DNA of 64,000 bases from Candidatus Marinacidobacterales bacterium (GTDB lineage: Bacteria > Acidobacteriota > Vicinamibacteria > Marinacidobacterales > DATDRI01): positions 1,056,001 through 1,120,000 of the forward strand of contig OZ245365.1 in NCBI GenBank assembly GCA_965226495.1. Direction: 5' to 3'. This document shows positions 61,845 to 64,000 of this stretch, in pieces. Position 1 is the first letter of the stretch. Every line of letters begins with the position of its first letter. Below the pieces are notes generated by a model that saw nothing but the letters and a program-made list of their open reading frames with translations, was not told where the DNA came from and did no database searches. A program made the translations under genes and the position numbers.

Positions 61845-63257
61845 ATGAAGTTCACAGTAGACGAATTGCGTCCACTGAAGATTTTCGAAGGGTTGTCCGA
61901 CAATCAGCTCGCCTGGTTCGGCGAGCACGGCGCGAAGCTAGAGCTCGTTCCCGGCGATCGCATGCTCGAACGAGGTCAACCCGCCGATTTCATGTTCGTT
62001 GTCGTCACGGGTTGCATCGAAGGCTATGAGGAGGTCGGAGGGCAGTGGCTGCTCGTAGCCACAACGGAACGGGGGCAGGTAACGGGCATGCTCCCCTTTT
62101 CGCGGATGACCCATTATCCCCGCTACGCCGTCGCGGCCGAGCCTTCCCAGGTGCTTCGCGTTAAGAAGAGCGACTTCCGCGAAATGTTGGACGTCGGCTG
62201 GGACGTCGTCCAGCGGCTTGTCGCGCAGATGTCGGATCGCGTGCGCGGAGATGTTCGTCTCGAGCAGCAGCAGGAAAAGCTGATGGCCTTGGGCAAGCTC
62301 TCCGCTGGTCTGGCGCACGAGCTCAACAACCCGGCCGCCGCCGTGCGGCGCGCGGCCGCCTCGCTCTCCGAGCACCTCGCGAAACTGCCGGCTTGTCTCT
62401 CCGGGCTGGCGGGCGCGCACCTGGATGAGGTAGCGATCGGCGCCATCCAGCAACTCCCGGCGCTGCTCCGGGAGCGTGAAGCCGTCGTGCTTTCACCGCT
62501 CGAGCGGGCCGAGCGGGAAGAGGATCTCGCCTCTTCGCTGGAAGATTGTGGAGTCGCCGACGGCTGGCACATCGCTGGGACGTTCGCCGATGCCGACCTG
62601 ACCGTCGAGGATTTGGAGACTTTCAGAGGCAAAGTTCCGCCGAATGCCCTCGGCGATGCGCTCGTCTGGCTCGAGTGCGGGCTCGCAGCAGAGCGGGTGG
62701 TAGCCGAGATCGCATCCTCTTCGGGGCGGATCTCCGCGCTAATTGCTTCCGTCAAGACGTACTCGCACATGGATCGCTCGGGCGAGCACAAACTCACCGA
62801 CGTCCGGGAGGGGCTCGACAACACGCTCACGATGCTCCGCCACAAGATCGAGAAGAAGAACATCCGACTGGCGCGTGACTACCAGGAGGACCTGCCGAGG
62901 CTCACTGGCAATGCCGGTGAGCTCAACCAGGTCTGGACCAACCTTATCGACAACGCAGTGGACGTCATGGAGGAGGGCGGTGAACTTCGCATCGAGGCGA
63001 AACAAAAAGACACGGGCGTCGTGGTGAACGTGATCGACGACGGTCCCGGTATTCCGGACGATCTACGCAACCGTATCTTCGACCCTTTCTTCACGACGAA
63101 GGCAGTCGGCGAGGGCACGGGGCTAGGTCTAGACATCGCGCTGCGCATCGTCAGGACCCACCGGGGCCGCATTGACGTTCGCTCGAGGCCTGGTCGTACC
63201 GAGATGCGTGTGTACGTACCTGTCAGCAGTCGCAACGACCCGCCCGAAAGCGGGTAA
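61845..63257 (+). CDS. cNMP-binding-domain cytoplasmic sensor histidine kinase
   Basis: N-terminal cNMP-like domain, LAHELNNP H-box, NLIDNA, DDGPGIP, FFTTK.VGEGTGLGL; likely start 61845. Confidence 0.9.
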   Translation: MKFTVDELRPLKIFEGLSDNQLAWFGEHGAKLELVPGDRMLERGQPADFMFVVVTGCIEGYEEVGGQWLLVATTERGQVTGMLPFSRMTHYPRYAVAAEPSQVLRVKKSDFREMLDVGWDVVQRLVAQMSDRVRGDVRLEQQQEKLMALGKLSAGLAHELNNPAAAVRRAAASLSEHLAKLPACLSGLAGAHLDEVAIGAIQQLPALLREREAVVLSPLERAEREEDLASSLEDCGVADGWHIAGTFADADLTVEDLETFRGKVPPNALGDALVWLECGLAAERVVAEIASSSGRISALIASVKTYSHMDRSGEHKLTDVREGLDNTLTMLRHKIEKKNIRLARDYQEDLPRLTGNAGELNQVWTNLIDNAVDVMEEGGELRIEAKQKDTGVVVNVIDDGPGIPDDLRNRIFDPFFTTKAVGEGTGLGLDIALRIVRTHRGRIDVRSRPGRTEMRVYVPVSSRNDPPESG

Positions 63258-63362
63258 GGGGACGGATCGGAACTTGTATCTCGTGAGCCTGCTGACCGCG
63301 TGTCAGCTCAATCATGGCAAAGGGGATTTTGGCGGCCGCACGGAGACCTGTACACTAAAGAC

Positions 63363-64000
63363 ATGCACCGAAAGGCGTTCATCGCCTGTCTCATAACGTC
63401 GCTCGCGGCGTGTCAGGGAGATCCCAACGTGGCCTTGGTCGAGGCCTCGAAACAAGGTGACGCCGACCAGATACCGGACCTCTTGGAGGCCGGCGCCGAC
63501 CCGAACCTTCGAGACGAGGATGGGTCTTCGGTGCTCATGTTGGCGGTTGTTTCTGGCAAGCACGACGCCGTGCGTGCCTTGCTCGAAGGCGGAGCCGAGC
63601 CTCAAGCGACGATCGAAAACGGATCGACAGCATTGCACGTCGCGGCCGGAACCGGCGATGCGGCGGTGGTACGCACGCTGCTCGAACTAGGTGCCGACGT
63701 TAATAGCAGGACCAGCTCCGGCACGACCTCTTTAATGATGGCGGCCCTTTGGGGGCATCTCGACGCGCTCCAAGTCTTGCTAGAGGCGGGTGCGCAGAAG
63801 AACCTCAAGAACGAGGACGAATCCTCGGCACTGATGCTTGCCACGATGGAACGCCGTCCCGAGATCGTTAGAGCACTTCTGGACGCCGGCGCCAACCCGA
63901 GGATCGAGAGAAGGGGACTCACTCCTTTAATGATGGCCCGGCGGGAGGGCTATACCGAGATCGAGATCATGCTGCGCGATGCACTAGGGCTTGGCAAAAA
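63363..64000 (+). CDS. Ankyrin-repeat lipoprotein (runs off window end)
   Basis: Manual translation MHRKAFIACLITSLAAC lipobox, then LLEAGADPN, GSTALHVAA...LLELGADVN, GTTSLMMAA, LLDAGANP, GLTPLMMA. Confidence 0.85.
   Translation, partial: MHRKAFIACLITSLAACQGDPNVALVEASKQGDADQIPDLLEAGADPNLRDEDGSSVLMLAVVSGKHDAVRALLEGGAEPQATIENGSTALHVAAGTGDAAVVRTLLELGADVNSRTSSGTTSLMMAALWGHLDALQVLLEAGAQKNLKNEDESSALMLATMERRPEIVRALLDAGANPRIERRGLTPLMMARREGYTEIEIMLRDALGLGK

Overview
A GC-rich bacterial window with no rRNA, tRNA or CRISPR array that I can see. Gene content (Tes-like radical SAM, many secreted hydrolases, DUF3604, ankyrin lipoprotein) would fit an Acidobacteriota-like environmental genome, but that is inference. 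Highlights: (1) a three-gene MNIO/DUF692 RiPP operon (12.3-14.5 kb) whose BufA2/bufferin-like precursor has a Tat-type leader and 11 Cys in four GxN[ED]CKG[QK]GGC repeats; the operon has a sigma70-like promoter, is bracketed by a 27-bp inverted repeat, and is followed by a GldA/F/G-DUF4340 ABC module; (2) a molybdopterin oxidoreductase fused to an IscS/NifS cysteine desulfurase; (3) a Tes/GDGT-MAS (MJ0619)-like radical SAM enzyme near an unusual 2Fe-2S protein; (4) an RND pump whose TolC carries an N-terminal substrate-binding-like domain; (5) a REC-thioredoxin reductase-like protein lacking CxxC, paired with a cNMP-domain histidine kinase; (6) two divergent DUF3604 paralogs among IS91/IS3 remnants, bracketed by a ~470-bp duplication. 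Many genes are frameshifted, truncated or joined at microhomologies, so parts of the sequence are probably chimeric or error-containing, and long-range gene order should be treated with caution. All family assignments come from motif recognition; no database searches were run.
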